Shown here: positions 24,429 to 38,794 of the stretch, piece by piece
How the letters are laid out: each line of letters opens with the position of its first letter
Position numbering within the stretch: position 1 is the first letter of the stretch
Assembly: GCF_036365525.1 (NCBI RefSeq)
Contig: NC_090394.1
Location: 49,660,198-49,724,197, forward strand
Direction: 5' to 3'
Source: Heterodontus francisci
Taxonomy: Eukaryota
Length of the DNA stretch: 64,000 nucleotides
The notes under the pieces: generated by a model
What the model was told of the DNA's origin: nothing
The model's input: only the letters and a program-made list of their open reading frames with translations
Databases searched by the model: none
Position numbers and translations under genes: made by a program

Positions 24429-26804
24429 AGAATAGGTACAGCATAGAACGAGGCCACTCAGCCTGTCATGTCCATGCTGGCTCTCTGCAAGAGTAACTCA
24501 GCTAGTCCCACTCTCCCGCTCTTTCCCCATAGCCCTGCGAATTGTTTTTCTTCAGATCCTTATTCAGTTCCCTGTTGCATAATTTTATTTCCACAATTGA
24601 CATATATATCTGGAACTGATACTCTAGAGGAATAAAAAACAACAACTTGCATGTATATAGCTCCTTTAACATAGTCAATGTCCCATGACACTTTACAAAA
24701 ACAAACTTATTTATAAACCTACTGTTTTATATTTCTTAGAAGGCAGAGTTTTGACATTTTAACAGTAATGCAAGGCAGTTTTGGGTGTGCACTGATACTC
24801 TAATGGTAATATATCGAGGTGTCAGAGTCAGCCAGGAAATAACCGTACACAGGTCTGTATAGCTTCAGCCTGATGCAAAGTGGCCCAGACAATCCTGGGA
24901 ACCTTTAAAGGTTTGTATGATATTTTATTTTATGCTATGAAAGTTTGTATACTCCCACTTTTCTTTCCTAATGTTACAAATTGGCTAGCTGATATGCAGA
25001 GCTCTATAAATGTGGCAAACATTCATGCATGCATGGATCTTTTGTCACCGCCTCATCTAGGGAGATATGAAGATAATACTATAACTTGGATCTCCTGACC
25101 ATATACTGCACAAAACAAAATACTGGTCTGAGACTGGCGGCTACAGTGCAACTGCAGCCTAAGTTGATTTCAGAATTTTTGGCGAAGTCAAAGTACTTTA
25201 CACTGAACATCTTGCAACAGATTGTCATGCAATTGAAAGATTAACATTTTACAATAGTGTACATAGATAGCACTGAAATAAACAGTTAAACCAAAATTTC
25301 ATACTTAGTGAATACAGTTTACAAAGAAAAATGTTAGATTGCCAAAAAACAAAAATAAACCTTTTCTTTAACATTAGACTTTATTGCAAAAGTATCATTT
25401 TATATGGGATGCTGAATGCATATGGATAAATTAGATTTAATAGATCTTTATTTCTAAGAATGTATGCAATAATAGAAAAAATTAATGGTTTGAATCTACA
25501 TTGGTGTAGATGATGTCTACTAATATAGATTTTTCTGGCAATTAAGAGTCTCTGAAATTACTTCCGAAATTAAGGTCATATATGCTAGGCATTTTGTTTA
25601 TCAGAGAATCATAAAAAGAGAAATTTCATATAGCACAGGCCGAGGCCATTTTGGTTTCTGGCCATGATAGCTCTTCAGCTGGAACTATCTATTCTAATCT
25701 CATTTCCCTGTCCTTTCCTCATAAGTTTTTCTTTATATTCTTCCTTTACAAATACTTATCCACTTCTTTTAAAAATTGTCTTATTTTCTCTGTCTGAATA
25801 GTCAAGTGATAAAGCTTTCAGAGTATAATAACCCTCCGTGTGAAAACATTTCTCCGAGATTTCTCCTTCTTTCTTCCACTGATAATCCCAAGTCTATGCC
25901 CTTGTTACTGATTCACCAACTAAAGGAAACAAACTTTCACTATCTACCCTCTCAAAACCTTTCATAATTTTAGAGCATGTATTACATGCCGCTTAATCTT
26001 CTCTACTGGGATGGAGTGCATACTGATTAAGCAAAGACTCCTTGATGCGTTTTAGAAGATCTTTCCCATTTTGTACACAAAATGTTGTCTTATCCCATTT
26101 TTCTTCAGGAACCTACATTAAAGTCCCCAATTCTAACAACTCTGTTACTATTGCAAACCTTCAACCTGCCTACAAATCTTATTCTCAATTACTTTCCCCC
26201 TATTTGGTGCTCTATAGTGTACTCCCAGTCTGGTAACACATCCCTTACTATTTACTAACTCAGAAGGTTGACTTTCCCTGAGCAACACCAGCATCAATAA
26301 AACCTTTTTTTATGCTTGTAATTGTGTTCTTAATTAATAAAAATACCCACTTTCCTCCTTTAGCTATCCTGAAAATGTAAGTTTATATTTATATTAAATG
26401 TACATTTAGTTTCAAGTTTGACCCATTTATCGCAGAGTTCCTGTGTAGTTGCTTAAATTAAGGAATTTAATGTCTTCAAAACTCATTGTGTCTTCTTCTT
26501 ACTTCATAGGAGGAAGGATTTAGTTTAACTTTCTGCAGGGTCCAGGAAAGCCCACAATCTGTTTTATGCTTAATATTTGCATTTATTATAGGTTATGTAA
26601 ATACTTCCATTGCCTCATAATTGTTGATAATATTTGGTACCATGGACGACAAACTCTGACATACAAAGCTAATATTTGGTGCCAAGGTACTACATATGAG
26701 GTCTGAAAGTAGGGATCAATTAACATTAATCACATGATGAACAAATACATTACTGTAGTTCGTAATACTCATATTTGATTATTCATTTGTTTCTCTTGTT
26801 GCAG

Positions 26805-27442
26805 TCTGCAATGTGAAATCAATGATGCACTTTCCCAATTCCTCCACTGAGAACTATGCAAACTTTGGCAAAGGATTTTCATCTGGGCTATTTGAAATGA
26901 CCATATGCTCTTGGCTCAGTACCAAGTCAAATTATTTGGGAACTATGTTGTCGTATGCAACAGAAGATAATGACAACAAATTGGTACTGTATGGCAGAAA
27001 TACAAGCAAACAAACCACCATACATTTTGTAATTGGAGATCCAGCATTCAGGGAACTTCCTGTGATACCACTCTTAGATGGCCAGTGGCATCATATTTGC
27101 ATCATCTGGTCTTCCTTTGAGGGTAAGTACTGGTATTATATAGATAGACGCCTGGCAGCAGCTGGTTCCAAATTCCAAAAAGGCTATGAGATTCCAGCTG
27201 GTGGAACACTTATAATAGGTCAGGAACAAGATAATATGGGAGGAGGCTTTGATGACACCGAGTCCTTTGTGGGGAACTTGGCTGGATTCACAATTTGGAA
27301 CCGTGCTTTGTCTCCTGGAGAAATTTCAGGCATCACCACAGGAAAGTCATTACCTGGAGGCAGAGTTTTAACGTTCAGTGATGTTTCCACTCTTAATGGT
27401 GCTGTTCGACATCTTAATTGTACATGCCTAGAACACTGTTAG
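26805..27442 (+). CDS. PTX4: Pentraxin-4 exon 3 (pentraxin domain)
   Basis: Acceptor ttctcttgttgcag|; LSYATEDNDNKLVL, DGQWHHICIIWSS (HxCxxWxS), LIIGQEQD, CTCLEHC*. The exons total 1368 nt (455 aa plus stop). Confidence 0.96.
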
Positions 27443-27755
27443 TGAAAAAAAAAACACATTGGATAGGGACTCATTAAACTGTATGTTGTATTGAGTATGG
27501 CGATTCTGGTCATATTTTTTGGCAATTGCTGCATTTGCTATATAGCAATTCAGAGCTGTAGTATTCGTGCCTCAGCAATCTGCTTTAAAACTCAAGATCA
27601 CTTTCATACTTTGAGAAATCAACCAGTAATATTTGGCTAAACTTCCTGATTATAGTAGGACTGTAAGCAAGCGATATAAAGAAAATCTTTGGGGAGATTT
27701 ATGGAATACATCTAAATAAGGTCAATGCATTTCTAATAATCTTTATAGAACATAA

Positions 27756-27761
27756 AATAAA
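27756..27761 (+). terminator. Candidate PTX4 polyadenylation signal
   Basis: AATAAA about 315 nt after the stop, before the repeat block. Confidence 0.45.
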
Positions 27762-27984
27762 AATATTTATAAGACCAAGTACAAGGATACTGCAATTTTT
27801 AAGACTCAAATGTTCTCACAGAATCTACTTTTGTATAACACACATAATTCACTTCCTCCATCATTGGCATACCATAGCTGCAGAGTGTACTATCTACAAG
27901 ATACACTGCAGCCACTCACCACAGCTTCTTTGAAAGCATCTCCCAAACCAGTGACCTCTACCACCTAGAAGGGCAAGGACAGCA

Positions 27985-30900
27985 AGTGGTAGGGAAACTA
28001 TTGGAAAAAATTATGAGGGACAGGATTAATCTCCATTCGGAGAGGCAGGGATTAATCAGGGATAGTCAGCATGGCTTTGTCAGGGGGAGATCGTGTCTAA
28101 CAAACTAGATAGAATTTTTCTAGGAGGTGACTAGATGTGTAGATGAGGGTAAGGCAGTTGGTGTAGTCGACATGGACTTTAGTAAGGCATTTGATAAGGT
28201 CCCGCAAGGGAGATTGGTTAAGAAGGTAAGAGCCCATGGGACCCAGGGCAATTTGGCAAATTGGATCCAAAATTGGCTTAGTGGCAGGAGGCAGAGGGTG
28301 ATGGTCAAGGGTTGTTTTTGCGAGTGGAAGCCTGTGACCAGTGGTATATTGCAGAGATTGGTGCTGGGACCTTTGTTGTTTGCAGTGTACATTAATGATT
28401 TAGGTGTGAATATAGAAGGTATGATCAGTAAGTTCGCAGATGACACGAAAATTGGTAGTGTCGTAAATAGTGAGGAGGAAAGCTTTAGATTACAGGACGA
28501 TACAGGTGGGCTGGTAAGATGGGCGGAGCTGTGGCATAGAACATAGAACAGTACAGCACAGTACAGGCCCTTCGGCCCACGATGTTGTGATGAACCTTTA
28601 ACCGACTCTAAGATCAAACTACCTACATATCATTCATTCTACTATCATCCATGTACCTATCCAAGAGTCGCTTAAATGTCCCGAATGTATCTGCTTCTAC
28701 TACCACCGCTGGCAGTGCATTCCACGCACCCACCGCTCTCTGTGTAAAGAACCTACCTCTGACATCTCCCCGAAATCTTCCTCCAATCACCTTAAAATTA
28801 TGCCCCCTGGTGGTAGCCCTTTCTGCCCTGGGAAAAAGTCTCTGGCTATCCACTCTATCTATGCCTCTCATCATCTTGTACCCCTCTATCAAGTCATCCT
28901 TCTCATCCTTCTTCGTTCCAATGAGAAAAGCCCTAGCTCCCTCAACATTTCTTCGTAAGACATGCCCTCCAGTCCAGGCAGCATCCTGGTAAATCTCCTC
29001 TGCACCCTCTCTAAAACTTCCACATCCTTCCTATAATGAGGTGACCAGAACTGAACACAATATTCCAAGTGTGATCTAACCAGGGCTTTATAGAGCTGCA
29101 GCATAACCTCGCGGCTCTTAAACTCAATCCCCCTGTTAATGAAAGCCAACACACCATACGACTTCTTAACAACCCTATCAACTTGGGTGGCAGCTTTGAG
29201 TGATCTATGGACGTGGACCCCAAGATCCCTCTGTTCCTCCACACTACCAAGAATCCTGTCTTTAAGCCTGTATTCTGCATTCAAATTCGACCTTCCAAAA
29301 TGAATCACTTCACACTTTTCCAGGCTGAACTCCATCTGCCACTTCTCAGCCCAGCTCTGCATCCTGTCAATGTCCCGTTGTAACCTACAACAGCCTTCCA
29401 CACTATCCACAACTTCAGCAACCTTCGTGTCATCGGCAAACTTGCTAACCCAGCCTTCCACTTCCTCATCCAAGTCACTTATAAAAATCACAAAGAGCAG
29501 AGGTTCCAGAACAGATCCCTGCGGAACACCACTGGTCACCGAGCTCCATGCTGAATACTTTCCATCTACTACCACCCTCTGTCTTCTATGGGCCAGCCAA
29601 TTCTATATCCAGACTGCCCACTTTCCCTGTATCCCATGCCTCCTTACTTTCTGAATGAGCCTACCATGGGGAACCTTATCAAACACCTTGCTAAAATCCA
29701 TATACACCACATCCACTGCTCTTCCTTCATCAATGTGTTTTGTCACATCTTCAAAGAATTCAATAAGGCTTGTGAGGCATGACCTGCCCCTCACAAAGCC
29801 ATGCTGACTATGCTTTTCCAAATAATCATAAATCCTGTCTCTCAGAATCCTCTCCAATAATTTGCCCACTACCGACGTAAGACTGACTGGTCTATAATTC
29901 CCAGGGTTATCCCTATTCCCTTTCTTGAACAGGGGAATAATATTTGCCACCCTCCAATCATCTGGTACGACTCCAGTGGACAGTGAGGATGCAAAGATCA
30001 TCGCCAAAGGTGCGGCAATCTCTTCCCTCGCTTCCCGTAATATCCTTGGGTATATCCCGTCTGGCCCCGGGGACTTATCTGTCCTCATGCCTTTCAAAAT
30101 TTCCAGCACATCCTCCCTCTTAACATCAACCTGTTCGAGCATATCAGCCTGTTTCACGCTGTCCTCACAAACGACCAGGTCCCTCTCACTAGTGAATACT
30201 GAAGCAAAGTATTCATTTAGGACCTCCTCCGACTCCAGGCACAAGTTCCCTCCACTATCCCTGATCGGCCCTACCCTCACTCTGGCCATCCTCTTGTTCC
30301 TCACATAAGTGTAGAACATCTTGGGATTTTCCTTAATCCTACCCGCCAAGACTTTTTCATGTCCCCTTCTAGTTCTCCTAAGTCCATTCTTCAGTTCCTT
30401 CCTGGCTACCTTGTAACCCTCTAGAACCCTGTCTGATCCTTGCTTCCTCAACCTTAAGTAAGCTTCCTTCTTCCTCTTGACTGGCTGTTCCACATCTCTT
30501 GTCATCCAAGGTTCCTTCACCCTACCATCCCTTCCTTGCCTCATCGGGACAAACCTATCCAGCAGTCGCAGCAAGTGCTCCCTAAACAACCTCCACATTT
30601 CTGTCGTGCATTTCCCTGAGAACATCTGTTCCCAATTTATGCTCCCCAGTTCCTGCCTAATAGCATTGTAATTCCCCCTTCCCCAATTAAATATTTTCCC
30701 ATCCCGTCTGCTCCTGTCCCTCTCCATGACTATAGTAAAGGTCAGGGAGTTGTGATCACTATCACCGAAATGCTCTCCCACCGAGAGATCTGCCACCTGG
30801 CCTGGTTTGTTGCCAAGCACTAAATCCAACATAGTCTCCCCTCTAGTTGGCCTATCTACATATGGAGTCAGGAAACCTTCCTGGACACACCTGACAAAAA

Positions 30901-33455
30901 CTGCTCCATCCAAACTATTTGCACTAAGGAGGTTCCAATCAATATTAGGGAAGTTGAAGTCACCCATGACAACAACCCTGTTACTTCTGCACCCTTCCAA
31001 AATCTGCCTCCCAATCTGTTCCTCCGTGTCTCTGTTGCTATTGGGGGGTCTATAGAAAACTCCCAATAAAGTGACTGCTCCTTTCCTGTTTCTGACTTCC
31101 ACCCATAATGACTCAGGAGGCAAACCCTCCTTGACGACCTCCCTTTCTGCAGCTGTGATACTATCCCTGATTAGCAATGCCACTCCCCCACCTCTTTTAC
31201 CTCCCTCCCTATTCCTTTTGAAACATCTAAACCCTGGAACATCCAACATCCATTCCTGCCCCTGTGATATCCAAGTCTCCATAATGGCCACAACATCGTA
31301 GCTCCAAGTACTGATCCATGCTCTAAGTTCATCACCCTTATTCCTGACACTTCTTGCGTTAAAATAGATGCACTTCAACCCATCATACTGGCTGCAACTT
31401 TGTCGTGTCAGCTGTCTAACCTTCCTCACAGACTCTCTGCACTCTGTATCTGCCTGTTCAACAGCTACCCCATCCACTGATCCGTAGCTCCGGTTCCCAT
31501 CACCCTGCCAAACTAGTTTAAACCCTCCCGAAGAGCTCTAGCAAACCTCCCGCCCAGGATATTGGTGCCCCTCCAGTTCAGATGCAACCTGTCCTTCTTG
31601 TACAGGTCCCACTTTCCCCAGAAGGTATCCCAATGATCCACATCTGAAGCCCTCCCTCCTACACCAGCTCTGTAGCCACGTGTTCAGCTGCACTCCCTCT
31701 CTGTTTCTAGCCTCACTAGCACGTGGCACCGGTAGCAATCCTGAGATTACTATTCTGCTCGTCCTGCCTTTTAGCTTCCAACCTAACTCCCGATATTCGC
31801 TTTTCAGGTCCTCATCCCTTTTCCTAGCTATGTCATTGGTACCGATGTGTACCACGACTTCTGGCTGCTCCCCCTCCCCCTTAAGAATCCTGTAGACTCG
31901 ATCCGAGACATCCCTGACCCTGGCACCCGGGAGGCAACATACCATCCGGGAGTCTCGTTCGCGACCACAGAATCTCCTGTCTGTTCCTCTAACCAATGAA
32001 TCTCCTATCACTATCGCTCTCCTATTCTCCCCCCCTTCCCTTCTGAGCCGCAGAGCCAGGCTCAGTGCCAGAGACCTGGCCGCTGTGGCATTCCCCTGGT
32101 AGGTCGTCCCCCGCAACCGAATCCAAAACGGTATACTTATTATTGAGGGGAACGGCCACAGGGGATCCCTGCACTGTGCGCCTATTCCCTTTCCTTCCCC
32201 TGACGGTCACCCAGCTACCTTTATCCTGTGACTTAGGTGTCATTACTTCCCTATAACTGCTCTCTATCACCCCCTCAGCCTCCCGCATGATCCGAAGTTC
32301 ATCCAGCTCCAGTTCCCTAACGCGGTCTGTGAGGAGCTAGAGTTGGATGCACTTCTCACAGGTGAAGTCAGCAGGGACACAAGTGGTGACCCTTACCTCC
32401 CACATCCTGCAAGAGGAACATGCAACTGCCCTAGCTTCCATCCTCTCTGCTCTAAATTGACAACAGTGAATAAAAGCAAATAAAGGAAAACCTTACCATA
32501 CCAAACCCTCCACACAAGAGTCCTTTTTTTTTGGTTAGAGGAGGAGGATGGGTGGCAGACACTACCCGTGTAGTGTTTCGGGTTTAGCCACTGCCTGAAT
32601 ATATAAGTTCACTTACACAGCAGTCCCCGTGGCAAATGGAATTTAATCCTAAGAAGTGTGAGCTGATGCATTTTGGGAGGACTAGCAAGGCAAGGGAATA
32701 TTCAATGGATGACAGGACCCTAGGAAGTACAGAAGGTCAGAAGGACCTTGGTGTACTTGTCCATAGATCACTGAAGGCAGCAGCACAGGTAGATAAGATG
32801 GTTAGGAAGGCATATGGGATACTTGCCTTTATTAGCCGAGGCAGAGAATATAAGAGCAGGGAGGTTATGATGGAGCTGTATAAAACGTTAGTTAGTCCAC
32901 AACTGGAGTACTGTGTACAGTTCTGGTCACCACACGATCGGAAGGATGTGATTACACTGGAGAGGGTGCAGAGGAGATTCACCAGGATGTTGCCTGGGCT
33001 GGAGCATTCCAGCTATGAAGAGAGACTGAAAAGGCTAGGGTTGTTTTCCTTAGAGCAGAGAAGGCTGAGGGGGGGACCTGACTGAGGTACACAAGACTAT
33101 GAGGGGCATTGATAGGATAGATAGGAAGAAACATTTTCCCTTAGCGGAGAGATCAATAACCAGGGGGCATAGATTTAAGCTAAGGGGCAGGAAGTTTAGA
33201 GGGGATTTGAGGAAAAATGTTTTCACCCAGAGGGTGGTTGGAATCTGGAACACACTGCCTGAAGGGGTGGTAGAGGCAGGAACCCTCACAACATTTAAGA
33301 AGTATGTAGATGTGCACATGAAACGCCGTAGCATACAAGGCTACGGGCCAACTGCTGGAAAATGGGATTAGAATAGTTAGGTGCTTGATGGCTGGCACAG
33401 ACATGATAGGCTGAAGGGCCTGTTTCTGTGCTGTATAGCTCTATGACTCTGTGTC
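27985..33455 (+). mobile_element. CR1 LINE (host), split at 28536/32629
   Basis: The RT frame ...FADDTK...VRWAELW resumes as QMEFNPKKC after the insert; 3' tail (CTATGACT)n near 33440. Confidence 0.9.
28537..32628 (-). mobile_element. Near-full-length CR1 LINE: ORF1 (zinc finger and SGNH esterase) and ORF2 (APE endonuclease and RT), disrupted
   Basis: ORF1 IVIGDSLVRG...VVVHIGTND; ORF2 YFNARS, MGDFN, SDH, YMDFSK, FADD. TSD GTGGCA at 28531-28536 and 32629-32634. Confidence 0.95.
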
Positions 33456-34044
33456 TCTAACTGCATGGGAATACCACCACCTGCAAACCACACACCATCC
33501 TGACCTGGAAATAAATCATCATTTCTTCATCGTCGCTAGGTCAAAATCCTGGAACTCCTTAGCTAACAGCATTGTGGGTGTACCTACACCACGTGGACTG
33601 CAGCGCTTCAAGTAGACAGCTTACCAACACCTTCTCAAGTTCAATTAGGAATGGGCAGTAAACGCTGACCTTGTCAGTAACACCTACATCTTGTGAATGA
33701 ATAGAAAAAAATTATAAACTTAAGTTGTATCATACTAATTTGAATACTGATAATTACATTTAGACATGTACTTTAGGGCTTCCTTTTATGATCTATAGTT
33801 TCCTGTGAAGTGAATTCTTACTGAAATGATGTACTGATCTTGTTTGTCTCTTCTATTTTTGTACAATGTTTTACTCATAAAGTGATTTGATATCAAACAA
33901 CTGCGACCTGTGTCAATGTTTTTTATTACAAGGAGCATTCAGGCCAGATTAAAATGCTCGATATTGGATTGCACCCTAAAGACAGCTAAGTCAAAAAGCT
34001 CCTGAAGGTTATAGTACATGAATCATTGAAGGAGCATGACCATC

Positions 34045-36968
34045 ATCCTGAGGCCATTGCGACTCCAGACCCACAGCAATCTGGTTGACTCTTACATGCC
34101 TTCTGAAATGGCCTAGCAAGCCACTCAGTTGTATTTAACCACTACAAAGTCTATAAAAAGGAATGAAACCGGATGGACCACCCGGCATCGAACTAGGCAC
34201 CGGAAATGACAACGGCAAACCCAGCCCTGTCGCCCCTGCAAAGTCCTCCTTACTAACACCTGGGGGCTTGTGCCAAAGTTGGGAGAGCTGTCCCACAGAC
34301 TAGTCAAGCAACAGCCTGACATAGTCATACTCATGGAATCATACCTTACAGACAATGTCTCAGACACTGCCATCACCATCCCCGGGTATGTCCTGTCCCA
34401 CCGGCAGGACAGACCCACCAGAGGTGGTGGCACAGTGGTATACAGTAGGGATGGAGTTGCCCTGGGAGTCCTCAACATTGACTCTGGACCCCATGAAGTC
34501 TCATGGCATCAGTTCAAACAGGGACAAGGAAACCTCCTGCTGATTACCACCCTCAGCTGATGAGTCAGTACTCCTCCATGTTGAACAGCACTTGGAGGAA
34601 GCATGAGGGTGGCAAGGGCACAAAATGTACTCTGGGCGGTGGACTTCAATGTCCATCACCAAGAGTGGCTCGGTAGCACCACTACTGACCGAGCTGGCCG
34701 AGTACTAAAGGACATAGCTGCTAGACTGGGTATGCGGCAGGTGGTGAGAGAACCAACAAGAGGGAAAAACATACTTGACCTCATCCTCACCAATCTGCCT
34801 GCTGCAGATGCATCTGTCAATGATAGTATTGGTAGGAGTGACCACCGCACAGTCCTTGTGGAGACGAAGTACCGCCTTCACATTGAGGATACCCTCCATC
34901 GTGTTGTGTGGCACTACCACCGTGCTAAATGGGATAGATTTTGAACAGAACTAGCAATGCAAAACTGGGCATCCATGAAGTGCTGTGGGCCATCAGCAGC
35001 AGCAGAATTGTACTCAACCACAATCTGTAACCTCATGGCCCGGCATATCCCCCACTCTACCATTACTATCAAGCCAGGGGACCAACCCTGGTTCGATGAA
35101 GAGTGCAGGAGGGCATGCCAGGAGCAGCACCAGCCATACCTCAAAATGAGGTGTCAACCTGGTGAAGCTACAACACAGGACTATCTGCGTGCCAAACTGC
35201 GTAAGCAGCATGCTTTAAACAACTAAACAATTAAACAACTAACTGGAGGAGGTGGCTCCACAAATATCCCCATCCTCAATGATGGGGGAGCCCAGCACAT
35301 CAGTGCGAAAGATAAGGCTGAAGCATTTGCAACAATCTTCAGCCAGAAGTACTGAATTGATGATCCATCTCGGCCTCCTCCTGAAGTCCCCAGCATCACA
35401 GATGCCAGACGTCAGCCAATTCGATTCACTCCATGTGATATCAAGAAACGACTGAAGGCACTGGATACTGCAAAAGCTATGGGCCCTGACAACGTTCCGG
35501 CAATAGTACTGAAGACCTGTGCTCCAGAACTTGCCGCACCCCTCGCCAAGGTGTTGCAGTACAACTACAACATTGGCATCTACCTGGCAATGTGGAAAAT
35601 TGTATGTCCTGTACACAAAAAGCAGGCCAATTACCGCCCCTTCAGCTTAGTCTCAATCATCAGTAAAGTGATGGAAGGTGTCATCAACAGTGCTATCAAG
35701 CGGCACTTGCTTAGCAATAACCTGCTCAGTGATGCTCAGTTTGGGTTCCGCCAGGGCCACTCAGCTCCTGACCTCATTGGTTCAAACCTGGACAAAAGAG
35801 CTGAACTCAAGAGGTGAGGTGAGAGTGATTGCCCTTGACATCAAGGCAGCATTTGAATGAGTATGGCATCAAGGAGCCCTAGCAAAACTGAGGTCAATGG
35901 GAATCAGGGGGAAAACCCTACGCTGGCTGGAAACTTACCTAGCGCAAAGGAAGATGGTTGTGGTTGTTGGAGGTCAATCATCTCAGCTCCAGGACATCAC
36001 TGCAGGGGTTCCTCAGGGTAGTGTCCTAGGCCCAACCATCTTCAGCTGTTTCATCAATGACCTTCCTTCAAACATAAGGTCAGAAGTGGGGATGTTCGCT
36101 GATGATTGCACAATGTTCAGCACCATTCATGACTCCTCAGATATTGAAGCAGTCTGTGTAGAAATGCAGCAAGACTTGAACAATATCCAGGCTTGGGCTG
36201 ATAAGTGGCAAGTAACATTCGCGCCACACAAGTGCCAGGCAATGACCATCTCCAACAAGAGAGAATCTAACCATCTGCCCTTGACATTCAATGGCATTAC
36301 CATTGTTCAATCCCCCACTATCAACATCCTAGGGGCTACCATTGACCAGAAACTGAACTGGAGTAGCCATATAAATACTGTGGCTACAACAGCAGGTCAG
36401 AGGCTAGGAATCCTGTGGCGAGTAACTCACCTCCTGACTCCACAAAGCCTGTCCACCATCTACAAGGCACAAGTCAGGAGTGTGATGGAATACTCTCCAC
36501 TTGCCTGGATGGGTGCAGCTCCAACAACACTCAAGAAGCTCGACACCATCCAGGACAAAGCAGCCTGCTTGATTGGCACCCCATCTACAAACATTCACTC
36601 CCTGCACCACCGACGCACAGTGGCAGCAGTGTGTACCATCTACAAGATGCACTGCAGCAATGCATTAAGGCTCCTTAGACAGCACCTTCCAAACCCATGA
36701 CCTCTACCAACTAGAAGGGCAAGGGCAGCAAATGCATGGGAACACCACCAGCTGCAAATTCCCCTCCAAGTCACACACCATCCTGACTTGGAACTATATC
36801 GCCGTTCCTTCACTGTCGCTGGGTCAAAATCCTGAAACTCCCTTCCTAACAGCACTGTGTATGCATCTACCCCACATAGACTGCAGCGGTTCAAGGGCAA
36901 TTAGGGATGGGCAATAAATGCTGGCCTGGCCGAGTACGCCCACATCCCATGAATGATTAAAAAAAAAA
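34045..36968 (+). mobile_element. CR1-clade (Zenon-like) LINE, nearly complete ORF2, frameshifted
   Basis: APE motifs PDIVILMES, DFNVHH, SDH; RT motifs ALDIKAAF, GVPQGSVLGP, MFADD, YKAQVRSVMEYS; A-rich end. The subfamily name is inferred from recalled motifs. Confidence 0.88.
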
Positions 36969-37240
36969 TTCAATAACACAATGATCCATTGCTTAATCTT
37001 TGAAAATCTACTGTGGTTCATCAAACTATATATTATATATATAGTTAAGTCATTTAAATATTGTATCTCAGTAACATACTAATAATCAGGCCAATAAAAA
37101 TCTTCACCATGATTCAGTTTGAATGAAAGAGACAAATTCAAAATTCATGAATAAATTACAGTGATGACTGCAGGAAAATTGTCATTAGCAAAATGTGACT
37201 AATATATTGAGTACCATACTTGTTTCTATTTACCTCAAAT

Positions 37241-37486
37241 TCTTCTTCTTTGGCCTCCTTGTCTCGAGAGACAATGGGTAAGCGCCTGGAGGCGGTCAGT
37301 GGTTTGTGAAGCAGCGTCTGGAGTGACTATAAAGTCCAATTCTCGAGTGACAGACTCTTCCACAGGTGCTGCAGATAAAATTGGTTGCCGGGGCTGTTAC
37401 ACAGTTGGCTCTCGCCTTGCACTTCTGTCTTTTTTCCTGCCAACTGCTAAGTCTCTTCGACTTGCCACACTTTAGCCCCACTTTTA
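37241..37486 (-). mobile_element. RTE LINE 3' fragment
   Basis: Same family as 18550-18806 (FICSTCGRVCHSRIGLYSH) with a (GAA)n tail. TSD TACCTCAAAT at 37231-37240 and 37487-37496. Confidence 0.9.
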
Positions 37487-38084
37487 TACCTCAAATACAC
37501 CACTGATAAAGCAGCTGGGACTATACTGACAGACAGAGACAAGCTGCAAGAGACGATGGATTTGCAGGAGCATTGCTGGTGTATCACTCAAAACACAACA
37601 CTTGTATTCTCTGGAATTTTATCAGACATCTTACCTTTCGCAACAGAAGCATGTACAGAAACATGAAAGTTATTGATACTTAGTGTTTCTATTGTCAGTT
37701 ATTATACATGTAAATACCATTTTCAACAGCGGGGAATGTGCATAAACATGTCAGTAGCAACATTGAAGATGTACTGTACCAGATGAGGTGGTCAACACAA
37801 TCCAACTCGTGAGTCTTAACAAGGCAGAAAAAGCAGCTGGAGAAGGTATTAAATAGTTTTGTACATATATTTGTTTTGAACATGGATTTTTTAAAATTCA
37901 ACGTGCCAGACAAAGAAGCTAAATTAGATATTTGCAGATGGTCCTGAAACTTCATCTGGGGACAGTAGAACTCTGGCACTTGTGAAGAAAGCAGCAGACT
38001 TATGGCTCAATCCTCTACCGCCCTTAAAGGTTGCAATACATTTCCTGTCCACTTAACTTTATTAATTTTCTTATTTTTCAACAC

Positions 38085-38780
38085 AATAAACATGCATTTA
38101 CATAGCATTTCTACCACAGCAAACATCCAAAATTGCTTCATTAAGGGACAATCAGCCACAAATGGATGCCAAAAACAGAAACATCAGGAGAAGTTAGCAA
38201 AATCTTGCTCGAAGAAGTAAGGTTGGAGAAGGATCTTCAAGGCTAGAGAGGTGAAAGTTTTTCTGGAGGCAATTCCAGATGTTTGAAGGCATGGTTACCA
38301 ATGATGGCTGGGGTGGGGGGGGGGGGGGGGTGCGGGAGAGGGTAAATGTGGGACGAAGGCAGAGTCAGAGGAATGGCATTGGGATGTTTGCATTGTAGGG
38401 CTGCAGTAGCTTATATAGATATATAGGGAGGAGTGAAATCATGAAATGATTTGAACATGAGATTAATCAGGGGAGTTGTGCCACTGTGTGCACGTCAGCA
38501 AGGACAGGGGTAATGGGTGAGCAGGATCTAGTGAGGGATAGGATACATGGAGCAGAGTTCTGGATGGGCTGAAGTTTACATATAGTGGAGAATGCAGGAC
38601 CAGCCAGGAGAGCATTGGAATAATGAAGTCTGGGGGTAACAAAGGCATTGATGAAGGTTTCAGTGGCAGGTGGGCTGAGCCAGGGCTGAAGGCAGGTGGT
38701 CTTTGTGATGGGGAGGATAAGGGGTAGGAAGCTGATCTCATGGTTGAATAAGATTCAGTGATTATAAACAGTATGGTTGT
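38085..38780 (-). mobile_element. L2-type LINE 3' fragment
   Basis: catgcatttacatagcattt tail and the reverse of L2 C-terminal coding DNA (gcattggaataatgaagtctgggggtaacaaaggcat). Confidence 0.6.
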
Positions 38781-38794
38781 GTGATAGTTAAGGA

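Larger units (their letters stand above)
27850..33710 (+). mobile_element. Zenon-like LINE 3' fragment split by nested CR1 insertions (own parts about 27850-27984 and 33461-33710)
   Basis: The two halves rejoin to match 36590-36960 (...agaagggcaagg-cagcaa | tgcatgggaa-accaccac...). Confidence 0.75.

Noticed and set aside
29603-31477. 624-aa ORF as a host gene
   Set aside because: It is CR1 ORF2 (APE-RT) inside a TSD-bounded insertion with a stop and frameshifts downstream.
37729-37845. Exon-like segment between PTX4 and CLCN7
   Set aside because: Stops in all frames up to the AAG|gtatt donor, and no recognisable protein similarity for the shorter version.
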